From an uncultured Monoglobus sp. (GTDB lineage: Bacteria; Bacillota; Clostridia; Monoglobales; Monoglobaceae), in contig CANRGH010000009.1 of assembly GCA_947630135.1 (NCBI GenBank), positions 1,287 to 65,286 of the forward strand: a stretch of 64,000 nucleotides of DNA. Reading direction: 5' to 3'. The notes under the pieces were generated by a model. That model saw nothing but the letters and a program-made list of their open reading frames with translations. It was not told the origin of the DNA and did no database searches. Positions within the stretch are counted from its first letter, which is position 1. The number at the start of each line of letters is the position of its first letter. Shown here one piece after another: positions 36,103 to 45,800 of this stretch. The position numbers and the translations under genes were made by a program.

Positions 36103-36933
36103 ATGAGTGAAAACTGCACAAACGACTGCTCGACCTGCGGCGAGAACTGCAGCTCCCGCAGAGAGGAGCAAAACTCGTTCGCGGCAAATCTTAACCCTTA
36201 CAGCTCGGTCAAAAAAGTTATCGGAATAATGAGCGGCAAGGGCGGCGTAGGCAAATCGTCAGTGACGGCGCTGCTCGCGGCCGGCGCGCAAAAGGCGGGG
36301 CTCAAGACCGCGATTCTCGACGCCGACATAACCGGCCCGTCGATCCCTAAGGCCTTCGGCATAACCCAAAAGGCCGCGGGAAGCGATTTCGGAATTCTGC
36401 CCGAGCAGTCGGCCTCCGGCATTGACATAATGTCGATCAACCTGCTGCTCGAAAACGACAAGGAGCCCGTCGTGTGGCGCGGCCCCGTTATCGCGGGAAC
36501 GGTAAAGCAGTTCTGGAGCGAGGTGTTCTGGGAGAATGAGGACATCATGTTCGTTGACATGCCCCCGGGAACCGGAGACGTTCCGCTGACCGTTTTCCAG
36601 TCGCTTCCCGTGGACGGAATTATCGTCGTGACCTCGCCTCAGGAGCTCGTCTCAATGATCGTATCAAAGGCGCTCAAAATGGCCGAGCTTATGAACATTC
36701 CGATAATCGGGCTTGTGGAAAACATGAGCTACGCCGTATGCCCCGACTGCGGAAAGAAAATCAATATTTTCGGCGAGAGCCACATTGACGAGATCGCCGA
36801 GGAGCATGATCTGAAGGTGCTTGACAAGATCCCGCTCAGCCCCGAGATCGCGGCGGCCTGCGACAGCGGAACGATCGAGAGCATATCCGAAAACCCGATC
36901 AAAAACACCGTAGATGCGGTCATAAGCCTGTAA
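36103..36933 (+). CDS. mrp: Mrp/NBP35 (ApbC) iron-sulfur cluster carrier ATPase
   Basis: N-terminal Cys cluster, SGKGGVGKSS, DADITGPSIP, WRGP, DMPPGTGD, CPDC. Confidence 0.92.
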   Translation: MSENCTNDCSTCGENCSSRREEQNSFAANLNPYSSVKKVIGIMSGKGGVGKSSVTALLAAGAQKAGLKTAILDADITGPSIPKAFGITQKAAGSDFGILPEQSASGIDIMSINLLLENDKEPVVWRGPVIAGTVKQFWSEVFWENEDIMFVDMPPGTGDVPLTVFQSLPVDGIIVVTSPQELVSMIVSKALKMAELMNIPIIGLVENMSYAVCPDCGKKINIFGESHIDEIAEEHDLKVLDKIPLSPEIAAACDSGTIESISENPIKNTVDAVISL

Positions 36934-36936
36934 CTT

Positions 36937-36967
36937 AAAAGCGGCGGAGAAAAACTCCGCCGCTTTT
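36937..36967. terminator. Bidirectional terminator
   Basis: AAAAGCGGCGGAG-AAAAA-CTCCGCCGCTTTT. Confidence 0.9.
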
Positions 36968-36976
36968 CGATTGCTC

Positions 36977-39040
36977 TTAATCTTCCTCTTCTTCACTTTC
37001 CTCGTCATCGTTTGACTGCGACCGCGAGCCGCTGGTTGACGAGCCCGATCGTCTGTTCGAGCCGGACGAGCTTGACGACGCTCTTGACGAGACGCTGACG
37101 CCGTAGTTAACGTCAATCCTCCTGTTTTTGTTTTTTATTGTGGAGTGGACCCTGTCCATGACCGTTTTCCATACCGGTATGCAGGGGTTTGAGGACATCT
37201 CGATCGACTGCGGCGTGTCGTAGCCGTACCATACCGCCGCGACATAATACGGAGAATAGCCGACAAACCATCTGTCAAAATTCTCAGAGGTCGTTCCCGT
37301 CTTTCCGGCGGTGAACGTTCCGTCCGCGAGCGCCGCGCCGCGGCCCGTGCCGCTTGTGACAACGCTGCTTAAATATCTGTTCATGATCGCGGCCGTCTCG
37401 GGCTTGATCGCCTGCCAAGACGCCTCGTGGCCGGTCAGTATTGTCTCGCCGTCGCTGTTCTTGATCTCGGTGAAGGTGTAGGGCTTGTTATAAATTCCCT
37501 GGTTCGGGAATATGCAGTAAGCCGCGGTCAGCTCCACATTCGTCATGCCATGAGTAAGTCCGCCGAGAGCGAGCTGCGCGTAGCCCAAGTCGGTGTATAT
37601 ATCGCCGTTGATGTCCTCAGCCTCAACAAGCGTGGTAACGCCGAGCTGCTGGGTCATGAAGTCGTAAGACGTCTGAATTCCCATTTCTGACATGATCTCG
37701 ACCGGAACCGTGTTGAGCGACTGCTGGATCGCGTAATCAAGACCGACGCGGCTGTTTGAATAGGTATAGCTCGAGTTACGCGGTATCCATCCGTCGTAAG
37801 ACTTCCGCGCATCCATAACGGTCGTGCCCGGGCTTATCGTGCCGTAGTCAAGCGCCGGGGCGTAAACCGACAGGGGCTTGATCGACGAGCCCGGCTGTCT
37901 GGGGCTCTGCGCCGCGCGGTTGAGCGTGAAGCTGTTTTCCTTGGCCCCGATGCCGCCCGCCATAGCGACGATCCTGCCGTCCTGCGGATCCATAATAACT
38001 ATTGTGGACTGCGCCGACGGGTCGGGGAAGTTGTTCTCGTTATAGTAATAATCCTCGACGATCTGCTGTATCTCGGGGTCATACGCGCAGTATATCTTAA
38101 GTCCGCCAGAATAAACCATCTTTGTGGCGAGAGTCTCGGAATATCCCTTTTCCTCAAGCCTGTCGACCGCGTCGCGCACGACCTGATCGACGTAATACGA
38201 GGTTATGATCTCCTCTTTTTTATTAAGCGCGGTGTCCTTGCTGAACGTCAGCGGAAAGTTTACCGCCTCGTCATACTCCTCCTGGGTTATATATCCCAAA
38301 GACAGCATTTTTGCGAGGACAAGCTCCTGGCGCTCCTTGTTGTTGTCGGGGTTAACGAACGGGTCGTAATATGTCGGGTTCTGGGTGATCGCCGCGATCG
38401 AGGCGCACTCCGCCAGATTAAGCTGGCTCACATCTTTGTCAAAATAAAGATTCGCGGCCGTCTGAACGCCGTAGCAGTTCTCGGAAAGGCAAATGCAGTT
38501 CATGTAAAGCTCAAGGATCTGTTCCTTTGAAAGCTGCTTCTCAAGGTCGATAGCCTTGGAGATTTCCGCAATCTTTCTGGCGACGGTCTGATCCTTGTCG
38601 CCGGTCAGATTTTTTATAAGCTGCTGGGTTATAGTGCTTCCGCCCAGAGACGCCTGTCCGCCCTTTCCGCTGACCTTATCAACAAAATAAGTCAGCGTCG
38701 CGCGGACGGTGCGCATTATGTCAACGCCCTTGTGGGTCATAAATCTCTCGTCCTCAATGGCAACAAAGGCGTTCTGGAGATTTTTCGGCGTCGCGTCAAG
38801 CTCGACCCAGACTCTGTTTTCGTCCGACGTCAGGGTGAGCATCGTACGCTCCTCGCCCGTATTCGGGTCAAGATATACAATGTCGGAATTGCGGTTCATC
38901 GTGAGCGTGTCAATATCAATTCCGTCAACGTTGCCCCACATTCCCATAACCGCGGTAATAACGGCGCCTCCGGCAACAGCGCCGCCGATTATCAGCGTTA
39001 TGAGAAATACCAAAATAAATCTGAATACATACTTTTTCAT
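36977..39040 (-). CDS. Class A penicillin-binding protein (PBP1A type)
   Basis: EDERF, GSTITQQL transglycosylase motifs; SSIK, SLN and KTG transpeptidase motifs. Confidence 0.93.
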   Translation of the reverse strand: MKKYVFRFILVFLITLIIGGAVAGGAVITAVMGMWGNVDGIDIDTLTMNRNSDIVYLDPNTGEERTMLTLTSDENRVWVELDATPKNLQNAFVAIEDERFMTHKGVDIMRTVRATLTYFVDKVSGKGGQASLGGSTITQQLIKNLTGDKDQTVARKIAEISKAIDLEKQLSKEQILELYMNCICLSENCYGVQTAANLYFDKDVSQLNLAECASIAAITQNPTYYDPFVNPDNNKERQELVLAKMLSLGYITQEEYDEAVNFPLTFSKDTALNKKEEIITSYYVDQVVRDAVDRLEEKGYSETLATKMVYSGGLKIYCAYDPEIQQIVEDYYYNENNFPDPSAQSTIVIMDPQDGRIVAMAGGIGAKENSFTLNRAAQSPRQPGSSIKPLSVYAPALDYGTISPGTTVMDARKSYDGWIPRNSSYTYSNSRVGLDYAIQQSLNTVPVEIMSEMGIQTSYDFMTQQLGVTTLVEAEDINGDIYTDLGYAQLALGGLTHGMTNVELTAAYCIFPNQGIYNKPYTFTEIKNSDGETILTGHEASWQAIKPETAAIMNRYLSSVVTSGTGRGAALADGTFTAGKTGTTSENFDRWFVGYSPYYVAAVWYGYDTPQSIEMSSNPCIPVWKTVMDRVHSTIKNKNRRIDVNYGVSVSSRASSSSSGSNRRSGSSTSGSRSQSNDDEESEEEED

Positions 39041-39198
39041 TTTAAAACCCCTTAAAATAATGCGCAAAAATTCACAATATACATATTATATACCATAATT
39101 ATAACATTTCTGCAAGTATATTAAACGATTTTTGTGTTAATAATCTATTAAATTAGTGTTACACAAAAAGGCCAAATACAAGATATGGGGGTATAATT

Positions 39199-39603
39199 AT
39201 GTCTGACAAGCTTTTTAAAAACATTCTCTTATGCGTCTCGGTGATTTTTTTCGTTATCGCGGTGGGCTGCACGGCCTATATAGCCGCCGTTAATTTCATG
39301 GGCCGGAATTCCGGGCCGAATTCCGCGGAGGCTGTCATTTCCGACGCGGCTCCGGTCACGCCCGAGCCCGCAGCTCCGTCCTCGGGGCTGTCCGAATACT
39401 ATATCGCCAGATTAAACGGCGACGACATCTGCATATATCTGGTCTACCAAAAGCCCGGCGAGGCGGCAAAGGAAAAGTTCCTCTATTCCTTCGACGTGTA
39501 CCGCGGCGGGATACCCGAAAGCGACATTTCCGATCTGACGCGCGGCATAATTTTAAAGGACCGCGAAAGCCTCGCCTCGTTTGAGGAGGACTTCGGAAGC
39601 TGA
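39199..39603 (+). CDS. BofC C-terminal-domain-like membrane protein (sporulation associated)
   Basis: N-terminal TM; YIARLNGDDICIY...IPESDISDLTRGIILKDRESLASFEEDFGS. Confidence 0.65.
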   Translation: MSDKLFKNILLCVSVIFFVIAVGCTAYIAAVNFMGRNSGPNSAEAVISDAAPVTPEPAAPSSGLSEYYIARLNGDDICIYLVYQKPGEAAKEKFLYSFDVYRGGIPESDISDLTRGIILKDRESLASFEEDFGS

Positions 39604-39716
39604 AATCACGCCGATTTCATGTGAAACTCCGTAGTTTTCGTTCCCGCGGTTCTGAGTCCTAAATAATCACATTGCGCAGTTTGATGATCAATTCGCGGAC
39701 TTTTTGCAAATAGGTA

Positions 39717-39745
39717 TTTACAAATTAATCCTAATATGTTATAAT
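39717..39745 (+). promoter_or_regulatory. SigA promoter upstream of the LRR2 leader
   Basis: TTTACA-17-TATAAT with extended TG. Confidence 0.75.
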
Positions 39746-39751
39746 AATTGC

Positions 39752-39964
39752 GCTACATGTCTTAAATATTGTGTTTGTGCCATTATTGTGTATATGGTTT
39801 TATTTTCATATTTTCGGAATCCGTTTGCGAAAATGCAGACTCGAACAATTCCGAAAATGTGTAACATAGACACAATAGGTTTTAAGATGTGTAGCAGCAT
39901 AAAGTTCGAGCTGTGTTTTTATATTTTTGCGCAGCCGCGATCTCTTGGCTGCGCTTTTTATTTT
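39752..39964 (+). promoter_or_regulatory. Structured 5' leader ending in an intrinsic terminator (candidate attenuator, riboswitch or sRNA)
   Basis: Nested stems 39752-39766/39881-39895, 39767-39774/39870-39877 and 39810-39820/39848-39858; terminator GCGCAGCC...GGCTGCGC-TTTTTATTTT. Confidence 0.7.
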
Positions 39965-40040
39965 CTGTCAAAAACATGGACGCGGCAAGAACGTTCGAAA
40001 AAATATATTAATAATTATAATATACATGGAGGCAAGACAA

Positions 40041-42848
40041 ATGAATAAAAGGCTCAAAAGTATCGTATTGGCGCTTTTTATACTCTGCACGGCACTGCCC
40101 GACGGAATAAAAGCGTATGCCGCGGAGCAATACGAAACTGCGGAAACATCCCTTGTTGATGAAGCCGCGCTGTCGGACGGCTCGGCGGAGACCGCCGAAG
40201 TGGTCGACGGTATCACCTTGGAATACGACTCAACAAGCACCGAGTACACCAAGCTGGTACATGTGCGCTATAACGCTTCAAAGTTCACAAAAGGAATAAG
40301 CCGCTTTAAGATCATACTGAGGATTTTGGGCGGAAGCGTGGCAAGCGTCGACTATAAGACCGAATTTTCGTCAAGGTTCAGAATAAACGGCTCTTATTCT
40401 GGCGGCATTTACACAATAAGCGGCTCGTCAAGCTCGGCGGAGGTTCCCGGCGACGGCTGCTTGTTCACCGCCGTTCTGAACCTTTCAGACGCGCTGACCG
40501 CGCCGATCGCGATAAGCATCACAGGAGACACATATCTGGGCGATCCGACAACCGCTTATTATCTCAGCAACGGCGGTTTGAGCGACGCGTCAACCGAGAT
40601 ACCGATAATGAGCGGCCAAGCGGGCTGGACGACCGACACATCCGGCACAATAGGAAACGTGGTTTGGGCGTACAGCAAAAACACTCTGACTCTAAGCGGC
40701 GAGGGCAACATGCCCGACTTCACGGCGGGAACCGCTCCGTGGTACAAAAACGGAAAAAACCTCATCAAGCATATCGTGTTCACCGATAACAGCAATATAG
40801 TGTCCGTCGGTGCTTACGCGTTTTACGGCTTGAGCGCGCTTGAGGACGTCACATTCGTTGATAAGATCAACACGGTGGGCCGGAACTCTTTTGAAGGCTG
40901 CTCGTCTCTCAAAGAACTGAACATTCCCACCAACATGCACGCCGGAATTGGCGAGGAGGCATTCAAAGACTGCGTCTCTATAAATGAGATATTTATACCG
41001 AACGGCATGCTCGCCGTCAGCAAAGGCGCGTTTAAGGGCTGCACCGGCCTCAACAAGATAACAATGCCGTTTATCGGCTCGCAGGTCGGAACCTCTAACA
41101 ACACCAACACGTTCGTCTATCTTTTTGACGGTTATGTTCCGATGAGCCTCAAGACGGTCGTTATAACAAATGAGACGGATATTCCCGCGGAGGCCTTCAA
41201 AGGCTGCTCGGGCATAACATCGATCACGATAAATCCCGAGATAAAAACTGTGGGCGTGTCGGCCTTTGACGGCTGCTCGTCGCTCGGCACATTTAATATT
41301 CCCGACGGCGTCTCCGTTATAAACGACAACACATTCAGAAATTGCTCATCTATCCGCTCGATAACCGTGCCCGACACGGTGCGGGCTATCGGAGAAGGCG
41401 CGTTTGACGGCTGCGCTTCGCTCGGCTCGATACATATTCCCGAAAGCGTTACCGAAATAAAGAATTACACATTCCGCGGCTGCGCGTCGCTGACAGAGAT
41501 CAAAATCCCCTCGGGCGTCACCTCGATCGGCGAGGAAACGCTCAAAGGCTGCTCAAGGTTAACGAGCATTGTCATACCTTTCGTCGGCGCGTCATACAGA
41601 CCGGGTCTGAGCGAGATCACGCATGCCGGAGTGTTCGGCTATCTGTTCGGAAAGTCAACGTCGCAGACCGCGACTAGGCAGGGAAACGACAGTTATGAGA
41701 TCCCGACGTCCGTCACAAAGGTTGAGATCACAAACATCGACTCGAGAGCCTACATACCTCCCGGCGCATTCATCAACTGCTCGAATATCGCGGACATCAT
41801 AATCGACGGCGGCGCCACGGTATGCGCCGAGGCCTTCAAAAACTGCCGCAACCTGAAAAATCTGTACATTCCGAAATCTATTGACGAGATCCAGCGCGAT
41901 ATACTTTACGGATGCACGAGCCTCGTGACTCTGACCGTGCCCTTTGTCGGAAACAGCAGAACAGACTTAAATCATGAGACCTCGGTTCTCGGATATTTCT
42001 TCGGTTTTGGCGACAATCGCGAGAACGAGACCGACATAATCCAGTATTACAACGAAAACGACTTCCATTACTATTTTGTGCCGGAGTCTCTGAAGAACGT
42101 TTCGGTGCTCAATAAAACAAACATACCTTACGGAACGTTTATGAACTGCCGCTACCTTGAAAGAGTGTCAATAGTCAGCGGCGCGGTGATAAACGCCCAC
42201 GCGTTTTACAACTGCGTGTCTTTGAAGCAGGTATCGCTGCCTTCAAACCTGACCGAGATCGGATATGAGACATTCGCGGAATGCGCGGCGCTTGAGACGA
42301 TCAATCTCCCCGCGGTAAGGAACCTTAAGTTAGGCGACTACGCGTTCTACAACTGCACGGGTCTTCGGAACATAACTATCCCGCCCAACGTAAAATCGAT
42401 CTCCGAGAGCGCGTTCATCGGCTCGGCGATCGGGGCGGCCGACACCGCCGAAGCTGCTGCAAGCGACGTGCTGACCATTTATTGCGAGAGCGGCTCATAC
42501 GCCGAGGAATACGCCAAAGCAAACGGAATAAAATATGAGATCGCACAAAAGGGCGAACTGAACATTATAAAAACAATGACAAGCGTGAGCCGCCTGTCTG
42601 ACGGCGCGTATCTGTTCGATGTGACCGACTCAAATCTGATGAGCGGAACGGTGTTCGCAGCGCTCTACGACAAAAACGGCGCGCTGATAAGCGCGCAATG
42701 CGCTCCCGCAGAGGCTGCAGCGGACGCGAGATTTATTTTCAGTGCCGAAGATTATCAGAACGCGGCCGAAGCCAAAGCCTTCATCTGGAGCGGAACCGAC
42801 ACTATAACGCCGAAGACCACCGAAGCGGAGATCATCGAGCTTAGATAA
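40041..42848 (+). CDS. Secreted BspA-like LRR surface protein (LRR2) with a cohesin-like N-terminal module and a C-terminal FxW domain
   Basis: Start at 40041 after GGAGG; signal peptide; LRRs with PF(I/V)G insert repeats. Confidence 0.87.
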   Translation: MNKRLKSIVLALFILCTALPDGIKAYAAEQYETAETSLVDEAALSDGSAETAEVVDGITLEYDSTSTEYTKLVHVRYNASKFTKGISRFKIILRILGGSVASVDYKTEFSSRFRINGSYSGGIYTISGSSSSAEVPGDGCLFTAVLNLSDALTAPIAISITGDTYLGDPTTAYYLSNGGLSDASTEIPIMSGQAGWTTDTSGTIGNVVWAYSKNTLTLSGEGNMPDFTAGTAPWYKNGKNLIKHIVFTDNSNIVSVGAYAFYGLSALEDVTFVDKINTVGRNSFEGCSSLKELNIPTNMHAGIGEEAFKDCVSINEIFIPNGMLAVSKGAFKGCTGLNKITMPFIGSQVGTSNNTNTFVYLFDGYVPMSLKTVVITNETDIPAEAFKGCSGITSITINPEIKTVGVSAFDGCSSLGTFNIPDGVSVINDNTFRNCSSIRSITVPDTVRAIGEGAFDGCASLGSIHIPESVTEIKNYTFRGCASLTEIKIPSGVTSIGEETLKGCSRLTSIVIPFVGASYRPGLSEITHAGVFGYLFGKSTSQTATRQGNDSYEIPTSVTKVEITNIDSRAYIPPGAFINCSNIADIIIDGGATVCAEAFKNCRNLKNLYIPKSIDEIQRDILYGCTSLVTLTVPFVGNSRTDLNHETSVLGYFFGFGDNRENETDIIQYYNENDFHYYFVPESLKNVSVLNKTNIPYGTFMNCRYLERVSIVSGAVINAHAFYNCVSLKQVSLPSNLTEIGYETFAECAALETINLPAVRNLKLGDYAFYNCTGLRNITIPPNVKSISESAFIGSAIGAADTAEAAASDVLTIYCESGSYAEEYAKANGIKYEIAQKGELNIIKTMTSVSRLSDGAYLFDVTDSNLMSGTVFAALYDKNGALISAQCAPAEAAADARFIFSAEDYQNAAEAKAFIWSGTDTITPKTTEAEIIELR

Positions 42849-42883
42849 AAACCGAATGGCAAACGCCGGAAAGGGATGAAAAT

Positions 42884-45800
42884 ATGAAAAAAATTAAAAA
42901 CAAAGCATTATGTTTGATTATGGCAATGATTATGACGGCGCTTACGATCCCCGCCGCCGCTATCGCCGCGGAAGATAATGGCCCACAGCAGGAAAATTCC
43001 GTATATGACTCACCCGCATTAACCGACGAGCACTCTGCTGACGAATACGCCGTAGACGAGCACGCCGTAGACGAATACGCCGAGGCGGCCGCAACCAACG
43101 GCGTTTGCGGCGAAAACTTAACATGGTCATACAGCGGCTATACCTTAACCATTAGCGGAACCGGCCCGATGTATGATTTTCAAGATAGTGCTCCTCCATG
43201 GAGCAAATTCAGCGCCCTGTTCCCGGGTGATATAAAAAAAGTTATCATTAGCGACGGTGTGACTTCGATCGGCCATAATGCGTTTGATAACTGCAGTTTG
43301 CTGACAAGCATAACAATACCAAACAGCGTGACTTCGATCGGGAGTCGTGCGTTTCTTGCTTGTGATTCGCTGACAAGCATAACAATACCCGACGGCATGA
43401 CTTCGATCGGTGATGGTGCGTTTTGGGCCTGCAGTTCGCTGAAAAGCATAAACATACCCGACAGCGTAACTTTGATCGGCGAACTGGCGTTTACATATGC
43501 AGCTTTATCCAGAATAAATGTTGCGGATAATAACCCAAATTACACATCAAAAGACGGTGTTCTTTTTACCAAAGATATGTCAACGCTCGTATGTTATCCG
43601 CCGAAAAAAATGACATCCGATTCGTACAACATACCAACCGGCGTGACTTCGATCGGCGATCATGCGTTTATGAAGTGCGATTCGCTGACAAGCATAACAA
43701 TACCCGACAGCATGACTTCGATCGGTTATGAGGCGTTTTATAGGTGCAGTTCGCTGGCAAACATAAATATACCAAGCAGCGTTACTTCAATTAGTAATAG
43801 TGCGTTTTATTGCTGCTATTCGCTGACAAATATAACTATACCAAGCAGCGTGACTTCAATTGGTAATAGTGCATTTCAAAGCTGTATATCATTGAAAAGC
43901 GTTACCATATTTAATTCGGAAGTCTCTTTATTAGGTAACGCTGTATTTAATGATTGTCCTTCGGATATTGTGATCAGAGGCGTCAAAGGCTCAACAGTCG
44001 AGGAATACACATATGCAAACAATATTACATTTAATGCTTTGGGATATATTTCTCTTGAGCTCATAGACAATGACGACAGCGATAGCCTGACGGATTTCCG
44101 CATAGCGGCCGCGCTTAACGGTTTCAGCGCTCCGGACAGCGTGAATATCGCGCTCAGTCTGCCGAAGGGAGCGCAGGTAAATGCGAGTACGCCGACAGCC
44201 GGCGCGGAAGGCCTGCTCACCGTCGAGGACGACGGCAGCGTTTCATATCTTCTCACCTTGCCGGAAACTCCGGTCTCCGACGGCGTTATCGCCGAGTTTG
44301 ATATTAAGCTTGAGAGCATGCTTGTCAAACTGTTTGAAGCGGAGCTGCTTGACGGAACCTATGTTATGTCCGGCGAGGAGACATTAAGCATTTCGGACGG
44401 CTCGCTTATGCCCGCCTCACTGACTCTGCCCGTCGGTCTTGAGAGCGGCACGGGCGGCACAACCGGCGGCTTTAGCTGGGACTTTACCGGCGACACGCTG
44501 TATTTAAACGGAACCGGCGAGCTTCCGGATTATGAGGAAGGCGGCGCGCCTTGGTTCTACGGCGCGAGCCAGATAAAGCACATTGTTTTCATGAACAACG
44601 CGGTGACGGCAATAGGAAAAAACGCGTTTTTCGGCTTGCATAACGTGATCGACGCGAATATGCCCTCCGGGCTGCTGGCCGTCGGCGAAGGCGCGTTCAA
44701 CGGCTGCAAGAGCCTTCAGAGCGTTGACTTTACCGAAAACATGAGCGAGGGCATAGGCGCGAGAGCGTTTAAGAACTGCTCATCATTAACCGAGATATAC
44801 GTTCCCGAACGCGTCAGCGTTATAGGCGAGGGCGCGTTTGAGGGCTGCGCGGGACTCACCGCCATCACTCTTCCATTTGTCGGATCACAAGTGGGAAGCC
44901 TTAACAACACCGACACCTTTAATTACATATTCGGCGGCGCCGCGCCCGAAAATCTCACCACTGTCACGATAACCAACGAGGTGAGCCTGCCGCAAAGCGC
45001 TTTTGAAGGCTGCGGTCATATTAAAGAGATCAATCTGCTGACCGATATGCAGGACATAGGCGAGGCGGCTTTCAAAGACTGTGAATCACTCGAAAAATTC
45101 GATATTGACAACGGAATAACCACGATCAGAGATTACACCTTCCAAAACTGCGCCTCGATCACTTCGATAACCGTGCCCGACACAGTGCAGAATATAGGCG
45201 AGTCGGCGTTTGACGGCTGCAAGAGCCTTCAATCGGTGCATATCCCCGACGGAATAACAATAATCAGAAACAGGACGTTCAAAGACTGCGCCTCGATCAC
45301 GTCGATCGAAATACCCGAAAGCGTTACCGCCATAGGCGAGGAAACACTCAAGGGCTGCATAAGACTTCGGACGATGGTGATCCCGTTTGTCGGCTCGTCA
45401 TATAACCCCGGCATGAGCGGCATCAATTACGAAGGAGTTTTCGGATACTTTTTCGGCAAGTCAACGTCGGAGACCGCGACAAAGCAAGGCAGCGACAGCT
45501 ATGAGATACCGCCGGCCGTGACAAAGGTCGAGGTGCTGAACACGGATCCGTCGTCATACATACCGCCGGGCGCGTTCATCAACTGCTCGGGCATAGCGGA
45601 CATTCTGATAGACGGCGGAGCGAAAGTATACGCGGAAGCCTTCAAAAACTGCCGCAACCTTAAAAATCTGTATATACCCAAGTCGATAGACGAGATAAAA
45701 TCGGACATACTCTACGGATGCACAAGTCTTGAGACGCTGACCGTGCCGTTTACCGGAAGCGACAGAAACGATCTGAACACCGAGACATCGGTTCTGGGCT

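Noticed and set aside
39140-39198. Sporulation sigma-F/E promoter for the bofC-like gene
   Set aside because: GGCCAAATAC fits the -10 only partly and has no matching -35
39660-40040. Invertible (phase-variable) promoter for the LRR operon
   Set aside because: No inverted repeats flank the promoter and no recombinase is in the window; the long inverted repeats lie downstream of the TSS and fit RNA structure better
43250-43870. Diversity-generating retroelement (TR/VR pair)
   Set aside because: Differences between repeats are not adenine-specific, both copies are in-frame coding, and no reverse transcriptase or Avd gene is present
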